Shown here: positions 12,175 through 24,035 of the stretch, in pieces
Layout of the letters: every line of letters begins with the position of its first letter
How positions within the stretch are numbered: position 1 is the stretch's first letter
From: Halocafeteria seosinensis
Lineage: Eukaryota
Length of the DNA stretch: 64,000 nucleotides
Direction of reading: 5' to 3'
NCBI GenBank assembly: GCA_001687465.1
Contig: LVLI01000172.1
Span: forward strand, 1 to 64,000
The notes under the pieces: generated by a model
What the model was told of the DNA's origin: nothing
Database searches by the model: none
What the model saw: the letters and a program-made list of their open reading frames with translations, nothing else
Position numbers and translations under genes: made by a program

Positions 12175-14073
12175 CTATTTTCGAAACATGGGCAAGTGAA
12201 ACAAACGATATTCCATACCGACACTTTGCATAACTTGTTTCAAATTATCAACCTCAACGTCATCCTGTGACAACTTGTGTAAAGTTAAAAGCGTTCGCAT
12301 TATTACCTCCTTCATATATCGCCGCGGATTCTCTTTCACAAACTCCTCCAGCACACGAACCGCTTCAACTAATTCGCCAGTATGAATGAGATATATTGCC
12401 CGATTGTTCATCAATTTAACATACAGGTTTTCAAAGATTGAGAAATGGCAATGCTCCAGTTCCGATGTGGCCTCAGACGTCTCGAAGGCGTTAAGGGTTT
12501 CATTAGATGGCTCTTGATCTACCAGCAAGAGTACTTCGTTCTGGTTCGATTTCGAGGTCGAGCTCACTGCATCGATCGGATATGCACCCCAAGTTTGTTC
12601 AACCCTTTGAAGAACATCTTTACATGTTTCCGTTGCCTGTCGATTTACATCAATTGCCTCTTCATACTTCTGTTGACAGCATAATATTAATGACTCATTG
12701 AGGAGCTGGTAGCAGTTCCCAAGATCAGATGGAATCATCCGTTCAGACTCGGTGGAAGTAGCCTCGTGAACCTGAGAGGCAGCTTCGATGTCCCCGATGT
12801 TCATGTAATATCGGGCTAGGTCGTAAAGCGACAAACACGCACAGCCGGCGCGCTGCGATTTGGAGAGAAACGTGTTCCAGAGTTCATTCTTCCGGGATTC
12901 TTCATCCTGTCCCTTTGCTTTTCTAGGAACAGTCGAGAATTCATCTGCCACCCTATGCAACAAGCGGATGGCTTCATCATAGTTTCTCTCTTTGAGTACA
13001 AGTATTGACGCAAGCGAAAGAACGGTTCGCACCCTCCATATCGCGACCAAGAATGGATGCTTCCCTAGTAGTTGCCAACAAACAGTAGCAGGTACATCGT
13101 CAGACCCACTACTTTTATCGTTTCCCGCTGCAACAGCATCCCTTGTAGCTAGCAACGTTGAAATGTCAGAACAATCCTTCAGTTTCCGAAGCATCAAAAT
13201 GGAGGCATTTGACTTATCACAATGCGAAGGAAGAGATGCGAGTAAGAGTCGATATGCAAATGGTACACTCGATGCTCGCATTTGAGGTACGCTGGATTCT
13301 TCCATTCCTTCTCTGTTTTTCAAATCGTGCATCCACTGGTCATTCAGGGCCACTGTCTGGCCGAACGCTTCCATTTCTCTTCGGCCTCCCTCAGATCCTT
13401 CTTCGGGCCATACCCATAATCCTGTTGCTTCTGTAGACGCTTTTGTATATTCACCATAAGCGAGCTGCGCTAAAGCCCTATAATACTTTCGAACAAGTCT
13501 GCACGCCTGATTGTCGCCACGTCGCTTATCTGAGTGAGTTTTTGCGAGCACATCTTTCCACAGATTGTCGCAAGCCATTTTGGCTATCCCATAGTAATTG
13601 TCGGGGTATTCCTCTTCGGCTAACTCTGCAGGGTCGTTGGTCTTGGTTTGTGGCGGTGGTACTTTGCACAAGTTAACAAATCCTTCGGCTCGTTCCATGG
13701 GATGGTCCACATCCAGCGGTATCACGGACGAGTCGGAAGGAGACGGTTTGTACGCTGCGGCAAACGGATAAGGATTGCTGTCGCCTGTCGAAGCAGAGGA
13801 GGACCGAGGTGGAGGTGGTGCTCTGGACGTTGTATTAGATGCTCCTTGCGCTGAGGAGGACGAAGTCTCTCTCATTCTCAAAGGGTGGTTGGGCGGCAGC
13901 TCTCGCGTCTGCTGCTGCTGATGCGGCTTCCTCTGGGGGTGCGCATGGCTCCCTGTATCACTTGTGCCGGGGGTATGCTCCTTACGAATAGCTTGTCGAC
14001 GGGCTTCGTAGAGGCCCTCCGTGGCGGAGCGTTGGGTGGGGAGAGGGTTGGATGAGGATGACTGCGACGACAT
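12175..14073 (-). CDS. TRAPPC12: TRAPPC12/TTC15-like TPR protein
   Basis: Low-complexity N-terminus, then SSVPFAYRLLLASLP (cf. SMVPFSMRILHAEL) and a TPR C-terminus NNRAIYLIHTGELVEAVRVLEEFVKENP. Confidence 0.7.
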   Translation of the reverse strand: MSSQSSSSNPLPTQRSATEGLYEARRQAIRKEHTPGTSDTGSHAHPQRKPHQQQQTRELPPNHPLRMRETSSSSAQGASNTTSRAPPPPRSSSASTGDSNPYPFAAAYKPSPSDSSVIPLDVDHPMERAEGFVNLCKVPPPQTKTNDPAELAEEEYPDNYYGIAKMACDNLWKDVLAKTHSDKRRGDNQACRLVRKYYRALAQLAYGEYTKASTEATGLWVWPEEGSEGGRREMEAFGQTVALNDQWMHDLKNREGMEESSVPQMRASSVPFAYRLLLASLPSHCDKSNASILMLRKLKDCSDISTLLATRDAVAAGNDKSSGSDDVPATVCWQLLGKHPFLVAIWRVRTVLSLASILVLKERNYDEAIRLLHRVADEFSTVPRKAKGQDEESRKNELWNTFLSKSQRAGCACLSLYDLARYYMNIGDIEAASQVHEATSTESERMIPSDLGNCYQLLNESLILCCQQKYEEAIDVNRQATETCKDVLQRVEQTWGAYPIDAVSSTSKSNQNEVLLLVDQEPSNETLNAFETSEATSELEHCHFSIFENLYVKLMNNRAIYLIHTGELVEAVRVLEEFVKENPRRYMKEVIMRTLLTLHKLSQDDVEVDNLKQVMQSVGMEYRLFHLPMFRK

Positions 14074-14329
14074 TTTTTATATTTTTTTCACATAAAGTGC
14101 TCAAGGTGATATAGAATACAAATACACCTAGGTATGTGCCTTGGTTCGTTCAGAAAAGCAAGACAACGGAAGATAGACCACTGAATGCTCCCAACTTCAA
14201 CTTGTCCCCTTTGGGGGGGGACCTTTTGTCCACTAATCGCTGCTATATTATCGGTTTGGTTGATAACTTTCCACAAGGTAAAGTTTGTCTTTCCTCCTTT
14301 ACTGCCCCCCTCCTGAAAGCGAACAAAAC

Positions 14330-17300
14330 ATGGCTTCAGGAGGAGCAGGAAGCGCCTCAGCGGCAGCCTCAGGCGCTTCCATGTTGGCCCGGGGCAATGG
14401 AAGCGCCGGGTTAGCCACAGAGCGATGGACTACAGGAAAACCGAACGCTGCAACTTTCTCCTTTTATTCGGACCGCGAGATCCAAGCTCTCAGCGTCAAG
14501 CAGATAGACTCCCCTGTGGCGTTTGATTCTATGGGACACGCAGTTCCAGGGTAAGTGACTGACACCAGATACGGAGATACTGTCTTTTACGAGCATTTTT
14601 GAGGGTGATTCTATGTGTTATCCTTTCGGTAGTTTATGGGGAATTTGTTTATTGACGTCCCAATGGCGTGCGATTGCTAACGGTGTTTGAATATCTGGTA
14701 CAGAGGCCTGTATGACCCGGCGCTGGGACCTGTGGACTATGGAGTGAGTTGCACCACATGTGGACTCTCATATCACAACTGTCCAGGTATGCATCAATTG
14801 CATCGATTGATATGTTGGGGAAAGCGTTTTGATTGCATAGTGTTATTCTCTAAACAGGTCACGTAGGACATATATCACTTCCAGTCCCTGTTTACAACCC
14901 TGTGTTGTTTGAGAAATTGTTCAAGCTAGTGAAATTGAAATGCTTTGCGTGCCATCGGTTTCGGCTTTCGGCTACTCGGGTGAAAACGTTTTACGTAAAA
15001 CTATTGTTGGCAGACTGCGGGGAGATCAATAAGGCTCTCAGTCTTGAAACAGAACTGATGGGAGTTGCTCCGACATCGGTAGGGGCGGCGAAGAAAGAGT
15101 CTAGCGACTCAAAACAAGATACCATGAAACAACAAAGGGAAATTTTGGAAGAATATGAAATGGACTGCATTCGAAAGCTCAGAGCATATGCGCATAAATT
15201 GTACAAAGCTCAAAATATCAATACCCGGGGACTGAGTAAGGACTGCGTAGAGCGCGAAGGTTCCGCGTTGAAGTCTCCGTTTAACTATTTTCCGCTGCCC
15301 AAAGCGAGGAGTCCTCATGTACGGGCTGTTAGGAGCCAAATAATGAAGGAATTTTTATCATCGATGCCCACCAAACACTGCGAGAATTGTGGTGCTCCTG
15401 TCGTGACATTGCGGAAGGATGGTTCGACGAAAATATTCATGAAACCTCTATCGAAGAAAGCCAAGCAGACGCTCAGCTCGAAGCATATGGATATCCAGTC
15501 TGCATTGGATCTGTTAGACCGTCGAAACAAGTCCACGACCGAGGAAGACGATGAGGACTCCGCTGAAGGAGAAGGCGAAAATAACGCGGAGAAATCGAGC
15601 TTGCTTTCAAACAATGTGCAGTATCTTCCCCCCACAGAAGTAGAGGCTCAACTTAAGCTGTTATGGGAGAAGGAGAATGAAATCTGCTCAATCGTCTGGG
15701 CTCAAAATATCAGTCCCCACATACTGCGTGCTCCGGAAGGACCATCTATTTTCTTTATTCGCACGTTGCCTGTGGCCCCATCACGCTTTCGTCCTCCCAC
15801 GAAACTTGGCGAAATGCAATTTGAGCATCCTCAAAACTACTATCTTGGGCAAGTTCTTAATCTGGGACTGCAGTTGAAGGCGCTGGGCGGTTCGTCCAAG
15901 TCTGGACAAAAAAATGAGGAGTTTCAGCAGGCCATGAATGCATGGCTCAAGGTGCAGGAGAGCGTAAATGGACTGATAGACAACACAAAGAGTGGAGATA
16001 GAAATGCAGCAAATGGCGTACGACAGATCCTGGAGAAAAAAGAAGGGCTCTTCCGTCAAAATATGATGGGAAAGCGCGTCAATTATTCTGCTCGCTCCGT
16101 CATATCCCCTGACCCATTGATCAGACCAGACCAAATTGGGGTGCCGTTGTTCTTTGCTACGGCTCTAACGTACCCTACTCCTGTTACTCCATGGAATGTA
16201 GAGTCCCTACGTCGAGCCGTGATTAATGGACCTAAAGTTCATCCTGGAGCAAATTTCGTCGAAGACGAAGCAGGCCGACTTATTGATTTGTCTCGGAGAT
16301 CCAAAGACCAGAGAGAAGCTCTGGCTCGGACTCTGCTTACCCCGTCGGCTGATGCAGGCGTTCCACGGGCATCTTTAGGTCTTTATGGAAAACTTGGCGG
16401 TGACATGTTTGGTAATGACCAATCGTTTACACCTGCTAAGAGTGGGAAAGTCCAATCTGACGGAGAGAGTAGTGGTAGCCAAAGTGGGACCCCTCGCGCA
16501 GAGACCGATGCGGAGTGGAATAATAAAAGCCAAAAGAAATCCGGCGACAATGAGAGGGAAAAGGATAATGCAGAAGATTCTTCGATGCGATATGACCCCT
16601 CATTTGGTGGTTTTGGCATTGGTTCCGAGATGTTTGGTACGCTTAATGGAGGCATACCGAAACGAGTATGGAGGCATCTACAAGATGGCGACGCGGTGCT
16701 CATGAATCGTCAACCAACGCTGCACAAACCCAGCATAATGGCTCACTGTGCACGCGTTTTGCGTTCGAGCTCGCAACAAACTCTTCGTTTACATTACGCA
16801 AACTGCAAAGCCTATAATGCTGACTTTGATGGCGACGAGATGAACATGCACTTTCCCCAGGACGAATTGGCTCGAGCCGAAGCATATACACTTGCAACCA
16901 CGAAAAATCAATTTATTGTTCCTACTGATGGCCAACCTCTTCGAGGGTTGATTCAGGATCATCTTTCTTTAGGTGTACGGTTCACCATGATGGATCATAT
17001 GTTGACAAAGGAAGAATATCAGCAGTTTGTTTACAGCGCAGTCGAAGGGATTCCGGAATTATCTGTCTCTGATGTTACAGGCAGCGATCTTCGAAAGCGC
17101 ACTGGTGGCTCGGATCTCGGATCAGAGGGGCATACTGCTAATATGAAGCTTGGGATAGACCCGGATGGGACTGGAGAAGCCTCAAACGGTAGATCGAGAC
17201 GTATACGTCTATTGCCGCCGGCAATTCTAAAGCCATATCCCCGATGGACCGGAAAGCAAGTTATTTCGACAATTCTTCATACACTAACAGACGACATTCC

Positions 17301-20300
17301 CGCTCCAGGTAACGCAATAACTTTCCATGGCAAAGCAAAGTTATCTAGTTCCGTGTGGTCTGAACGAACTCCTCATCTCGAGCAGAACATGCCGCCTAGT
17401 TCTCATAGCAATAGTAATAACTCTGAAGTTCCCTGGAAAATGTTGAATGAAGTCGGTGATCACCAAGTTGTCGTTCGTGGTAATGAACTGTGCACTGGAG
17501 TTCTCGACAAGGCTTCACTCGGCGCCTCCGCTTATGGGTTACCTCACGCTGTCTACGAGTTGTATGGTTCATCAAAAGCCAGTGCTCTTTTGTCTGCTTT
17601 TGGGCGTCTTCTGACAATGTTTCTTCAACAATCCTCTATTACATGCTCGATGGACGACCTGAGTATGACACCATCAGCCGAACTGGAACGACGCCTTCTG
17701 ATTAAACAGGCGTACGCTAATGGCGTTACATCTGCTGCTGAATGGTGCTTTGGAGAGGAAAAGGCGATTGTTTCAACTGACGAAGACAAGAATGTGTCTG
17801 GTTCACTAAGGGAGGAAGTTAGCAAGAACAAAACTGAACGATACGGTCCGTCTAGCGTATTTACCCAAGGAGGTTCTGATGGTCGTGCTTCCGGTGGTTC
17901 GGGATTACCGGAGTCTCTGTTCGAGTTGCCACGAGAATGCAAACCTTTCAATACTGCTGAGATTCGAGATGCTGTAAAACGCCGTGTTAGGGGCGTGGAG
18001 GCTCAAGCTACTGCCGTAAGCTCTGGTAAGGATTTTAAGCAAGCTATAGAGGAGCAGATCTCTTCATGGGATGAAGCTATCAAAGGCTCTCTTAGCGGCA
18101 TTCAATCTTCGATGATTAACGCCTGTCTCCCGAAGGGATTGTACAAGCCATTTCCAGAAAATAACTTTTCACTTATGGTACAAACTGGAGCTAAAGGGTC
18201 TAAGGTAAATCATGCTATGATTGTCTGTGGTCTAGGCCAGCAAGAACTCGAAGGACGACGTGTGCCTTTGATGAGCAGTGGCAAGTCCTTGCCTTGCTTC
18301 CCTTCTTACGACCCTAATCCTCGAGCAGGCGGATATATTGCAGACAGGTTCCTTTCTGGCCTCCGCCCGCAAGAATATTTCTTCCACTGTATGAGTGGCC
18401 GTGAAGGGTTAGTGGATACCGCTGTGAAAACAGCCAATAGTGGCTACTTACAGAGATGCATGGTGAAGCACTTAGAGGATCTGCGTGTTGGTTATGATCA
18501 CACGGTGCGGGATGGCGAGGGGAGCATCATGCAATTCTTGTATGGCGAAGACGGTATAGACGTGTGCTCGGGTGCATACTTGCCTCCCCAGGGTGACAAG
18601 AAAGAGTTACGCTTCCTTGCGGACAATCATGCCGCCTTAAAACACACATACGGCCTCGATCAACTTAATAGCAAAGGCTCCAATGTACTCGACCTGGAAA
18701 AGGCCCCTGCCTTACATAGCGAAACCCAGGCCAAGAGAAGGGTGAGAGCTTTGGCGGAAGCGGGTACTCCTCCTTCCGAAGATCCTACTGGTTTAAGCGT
18801 TTATGAATACTCTATAGGTGAGAAAATCGAAGTGCGAATGTTGAATCAGCATTTCGGTAATTATCAAGATGCGGGATCCTCAAGAAGCATTGCAATTGCG
18901 ACGAACTCTCAGGGACTAATTCCACCTGCGCACAAGTTTATAGGTGACGAATGGGTTGACGCGGTAGTTGTGAGTGTGCATCGTGACGAGGCGCCTTCTA
19001 GTGAACATAAAAAATCGAAAAAACGGAAGCATAAGCACAAAAGAAAAGAAGGTGCAGAGAAGGAGTATGTGGTACTGTCCTACGACGTCGAATACTACGT
19101 GGCGGATTTCAACAGCAGTGAGACTCGCAACCGGAAGATAACTGATGTAGTCCCCTTCATCTGTTGCGGTGCTGTAGGATGGGTGATGCGTCCGAAGTGT
19201 CCGTCTCCAGTAACATCCGAGCTTCCTTTAGGAGGTACGACAAACACCCAGCGTAATTCCGCTAACAGTAGTTCGGACTTTTTAGGGGTGGTATCGGAGA
19301 ATCTACGGGATAAACTTGATGCTTTTGGTCGTGAATACGGAGCTCTAATGAAAGAACAATCCAAGCGCCGAAAGCAGATACGAAAACAACTCGGTATAGA
19401 AAAGGAGGATAAGCAACTAAGTCCCGCAGCCTTTTCCGTCCTACTTTCACTGAAAGCGCTTAGAGCCCGGATGCATCCTGGAGAACCTGTGGGCGTAACG
19501 GCGGCACAATCTGTGGGGGAACCCTCAACCCAGATGACTCTTAACACATTCCATCTTGCAGGACATGGTGGTGTCAACGTTACGCTTGGTATACCCCGCC
19601 TCCGGGAAATTGTGATGACAGCTTCTCGTGCTATATCAACGCCCACAATGACGCTCTCGCTTCACCCGACGTATCGACTAAAGCAGGTGTCTGGGTATTC
19701 GCACATACTACAGACAACCGAAGATAAGGATATTCCTGGAAGGTTCGCTGAACATCTCTCTCGAAAACTTGCACGGCTGTCTCTTGGAGATCTCATTGAC
19801 TTCACTAAGTGTCCCCCAGATCCTCCTCACAGCCGTCAGAGTAAGTCTCGCCAAATTAGAGCCCGTGGTGGTATCTCAGTTCATGAGTGTTTGAAATCTG
19901 AATCATCAATCGGAAGCTCTGCAAATGGAGGTGGCTGGGTTCGATTATACGATATCACCTTAAGAATGGTAGACAATGAAGACATGCAGAATGCCTTCGG
20001 CTTAGATTTTGCCCAAGTCGCAAGTATTGTGGCTGGCAAGTGGCCGCTTTTGCTGCTCTCACAGATTGCAAAAGAAGCCAAGCGAGTATCTTCGGTGGCG
20101 CATACTGCCAAGAGTGCGGAAGAAGGAGGCGAGGCAGGTACCGCACAAGAAGGCGAACAAACCGAAAATGTTACCACAGACGATGCTCGTGAGACAGATG
20201 GAACTCTTGAAGGGAACATTACTAGAGACGAAGGCAAGGACTATGACGAAGAGGAGGGAGAAGAGTCGGAGCAGTCAGAGGATGAAGAAGCGGAAAAGGG

Positions 20301-21285
20301 CGAGGAGGATGTCGAAAGTTCGGCTGAGGATGGACAAGCAGAGAATACTGCTGCATCTGACGATGTCAAGCGCCAAGTCGAATACAATGCTTTGCAATTG
20401 AAGGACCTGCAGGAAGGCAAGCCAGTTCGACTATCAGCGCCACAATCTGTTGAAGAGAATTCACGCTTTCATTCTATGGAGGTTTGTCTCAACGACTCTC
20501 GCAAGGGTGATGGATGCTGGTTGCGCTTGTCTCTAGTGTTCCCTGCCTCCCATCGTAAAGTACTGATGCTGTCAGCCGTGGAAACAACAGTACTTAACTG
20601 CTTACTTAGCAGCACCAAGAACATTAACCGCGCCATCCCAACTCAAGCAAGGTTACCCCTTTATGAGGCTACACGACATCGTCGTCTTAGGGAACTTCGT
20701 GATCACAAAATGAAGAACGTTATGGCTGAGGGCGACCTCGACGAGAACGAGAGGCAGCAAAAGGCTTTTGAAGCTATGTCTTCAATTGATGATTCGGAGG
20801 CAGGCACAGAAGGAGATGAAAAGCAGCAGGTCGTCGTCCAGACCGAAGGCGTTAACATACCGGCGATGTGGGAGTGGTCTCACATAGTGGATCCGCATCG
20901 TCTGTATACTAACGACATTTGGGCGATAAGGGAATCCTATGGGGTAGAGGCAGCTAGGGCTTCTATCATTAGGGAAATTAGATCTGTTTTCGAGGTATAT
21001 GGTATTGGGGTCGATCCGCGACATCTCAGTCTCATCGCAGACTATATGACGTACGAGGGAGGCTTTAAGGGGATGAATCGAATCGGTATGGAAAACGCGG
21101 GGTCATCGTTTACTCAAATGTCTTTCGAAACGACTACGAAATTCTTAACCAAGGCTGCCACCCATGGAGCTACTCAGGGTGGATACGAGCAACTAGAATC
21201 CCCATCTTCCCGATTGGTGATGGGTCAAAGTATAAGTTACGGAACTGGTAGTTCTCAAATGAGGCAGCCTCTTGTCGGCTTGTAG
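14330..21285 (+). CDS. RPA1: RNA polymerase I largest subunit
   Basis: Exons 14330-14550, 14704-14786, 14858-21285 (2243 aa). Motifs [68 protein letters not shown]. Confidence 0.97.
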
Positions 21286-21401
21286 TGCTGTGTCTTTATC
21301 TTACTCTGCAATAACTTGTACATTTCCCAGCCAAGCAATGTTCACTCTACCGTGCCATGTTCATTCAACTTAGGTATTACAGGTAGCTACACTTTTTCTG
21401 T

Positions 21402-22366
21402 TTATAGGAACCCGTCGACATGGCTGCTGTCGAAGAAATCACGCGTAGCGTTGCTTCTATACCAGACGTCGCCACCTCGTTGTAGATTCCAAGCGTGTTT
21501 TCCTACAGAAGCACTAGAGGGACGATGCGGCCCGTATTCCTGCGAGTAAGATGCAATGCCTCCCTGGAACTGTACCAAAAACCAACCCAAGCTAGTACTC
21601 TTACCATAGGGTGCCCTTCTTTGATCGATTTGTTAAGTTCATGTACCGGGCTTAATGAAGAAAAGTCCGTTGCATGAGCACGATCGTAGTGGTAGACTCT
21701 AACAGATGTAGTATGAGGCCTAGTTCTCCCCGCACTTAGACTCTGCGTAGAACTTGTGGTCCGCTGCGGCAGCTGGCGTTTCGTGTGCTTAAGCTCCCCC
21801 TGTACAATAGAGTAAAGTCAACAACCCAAGTCAAAAGAGCTTTCCTTAGCGGATGGGATCCACCCAAAATATTATATACTGAATGAATCGTACCTTCAAT
21901 TGCTCGCGGTATTGTTGAGTTCGAATGTATGAAGTGAATTCATCCCTAACACTGGCGTTTTTTGATCCAAACCCGAGTTTTCTTGTGGACATAGGCTGGC
22001 GCTTCAGATAAGGCACCGTTGCTTGGTAGGGGTTATTTTTGTACTCATAGTTGCTGAAAGTTCCCGCGGGAGTTTTTTTACATTTCCCGGTGACGAATTG
22101 CCTTCCTTGGTGCTTTTTCCCAGATTCTGGGAGACAAAAAGAAAACCTCCGAGTGTAGATGAATGCACAAGATAAATACTCATTGCCTTGCACTTACTCG
22201 GATTATTGCCCTCATAAACCACAGCCTTCCCCTCTTCTCCAACGTATAGGAACGCTGCAACGGGGCACTTTTTGAGCTCAAATTGACACTACAGCAGCCG
22301 AACGTGGCTACGCAAGCAAGTTCTCTTGCCATGACCAACGAACGTACGTATTTTTTTGCCCGTCAT
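21402..22366 (-). CDS. Small five-exon conserved hypothetical protein, possibly cilia-associated
   Basis: GT-AG splicing joins MTGKKIPFLYVGEEG..NNPK / SGKKHQGRQFVTG...RKLGFGSKNASVRDEFTSYIRTQQYREQLK / GELKH... / FQGG...ATRDFFDSSHVDGFL. The RKLGFGS..RDEF..IRT.QYRE motif resembles proteins I recall from flagellated protists. Confidence 0.6.
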
Positions 22367-23063
22367 GCCGACGCATTTTTGGCTGCCTTGTATGTGCGTG
22401 CTATACATGGCTGCTTTCCAGAGACCGATTGATCGAGCAACGAGCCACAAACTCTCTAGAGACTGTCCCGCCGAGGATGGATTTGACAGGTATATGCGTA
22501 TTGTCTGTGTACTGTCCTCGTATATACGATAGTCTTCCTCGATGAGGCGTGCTATTGAGATTTACCCACTACAGCTGATGTTTGTACAACACTGGTTACC
22601 CTGAAGGGGGGCTACAGACAAACATTTCGCCTACTTGCAACCAGTCTACACTGGTTAGATTCATCGAATACAATACGATGATGCATGGCCTTGGACGGGA
22701 GCATGTATCCTAACGCGACTTCAGCAACGTACAAATGGACTGTTGTGAAGCTGGATCTTCACTCCGGACTCCGAGTCGGGATTCTGTTCGAGGCTTTCGA
22801 TTAGATAGTTAATCCCTTATCGCTTTGCCTTGGCATCATGCACAACGGAACTAGCACGGTGTGAGTTCTCACAGTTGGCACGTTCTGTGTTTCTGGCAAC
22901 AAGATGATTTCCTGGTGCTCTTACAATTTCCCAGAGTATTCTGGTCTCCTTCTGCGATTTAGGTCGTGGTCAACCTGACGCAAGTTTCAATGATTCCAGC
23001 ATAAGCAAATCAGTTCAATCGATACGTCGCAACTCAAGATTTCGTCCTGCGTTTCTAACTCCT

Positions 23064-23651
23064 TCATGAAAATAGAGTTCGTAGTTTCTGCCACCATGTT
23101 TGATCGGGACCGATCTGCATCAGTTCCACTTCTATGAGCAATGTAATATTTGGGGGCGTGCTGAACCTCCCATACCCTAACTGCGGTAACACATAGAGAA
23201 GTCGGCGACCACCTTCCCTCATCGTAGCCACGCCTTCGTTAATACCCCGGATGGCGCTTCCGTCATTTATGCGAAACTGGAATGGGTACTGAGATTGGTA
23301 TGTCGACTCGTACAGGGTATCTGTTTCCAAGATCAAAGCAGAGTAGTGTACTTTCACCAGTTCCCCCGGTTCCGGCATGCGGCCTCCTCCTTCGATTTGC
23401 TCGCGATATTTAAGACCTGAGGGCAAATGCATCCAGCCATCATGGCCTTCTACAGCATCCTTGGGTTCTGATTCGCCGGTTCCAAAGTGGCGTCGCCTTC
23501 CCACAAGTTTCGGAGCCACTTTCAGGGAAGTGACTGGACGGACTAGAGAAGCACTTCGAATAACAGGAGAATCCTTCGGCACCGCCCTGGGGAACCTAAA
23601 GAAAGCATGATTTTGGCTTCTGGTGTAGCAATATCGTCCAATTCGTAACAT
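23064..23651 (-). CDS. FKBP-type peptidyl-prolyl isomerase with a probable mitochondrial presequence
   Basis: LPSGLKY...GELVKVHY...PFQFRI...IRGINEGVATMREGGRRLLYVLPQLGYG...PPNITLLIEVEL. The N-terminus is Arg/Ser-rich and acid-poor. Confidence 0.88.
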   Translation of the reverse strand: MLRIGRYCYTRSQNHAFFRFPRAVPKDSPVIRSASLVRPVTSLKVAPKLVGRRRHFGTGESEPKDAVEGHDGWMHLPSGLKYREQIEGGGRMPEPGELVKVHYSALILETDTLYESTYQSQYPFQFRINDGSAIRGINEGVATMREGGRRLLYVLPQLGYGRFSTPPNITLLIEVELMQIGPDQTWWQKLRTLFS

Positions 23652-24035
23652 TTAGAGGTCTGACTACGAGCTCAATGTATGCACCTATGCGACGGAATTT
23701 GCAGACGTCAAGGCAGCATCGATTCCTCATATAAACCAATGTATGTCATGATCCGAAACTACCCATATTATGTATGTATGGCTCTGCAAGGACTTGGAAT
23801 GGGCTCCAGTGCAGAGTAGCAGAAAAAATTGTTCCCTTCTGCAAAGGGGGTATTCTAAGCCCAGTTATAATGATATTTTCCGGGTTGTAGAGCCGTTGTA
23901 TACCCTATTTTGTCGAATATGATTGATAAGGTACCAAGAAGCGAGATATTTGGCTGAAGGAAGAGGGCAAACAATTCGAGTTTCCTTCTGGAGTTGTTTG
24001 AAAGGAGGGTGTCTGAGTCCATTGGAGCGCTATAA

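Noticed and set aside
16340..16660. Intein in RPA1
   Set aside because: No C-terminal HN plus C/S/T junction and no endonuclease motifs; the sequence is low complexity.
22407..22812. Possible spliced plus-strand ORF with in-frame TGAs (selenoprotein?)
   Set aside because: No recognisable selenoprotein motif or SECIS, and its ATG is only 40 nt from the opposite gene's start.
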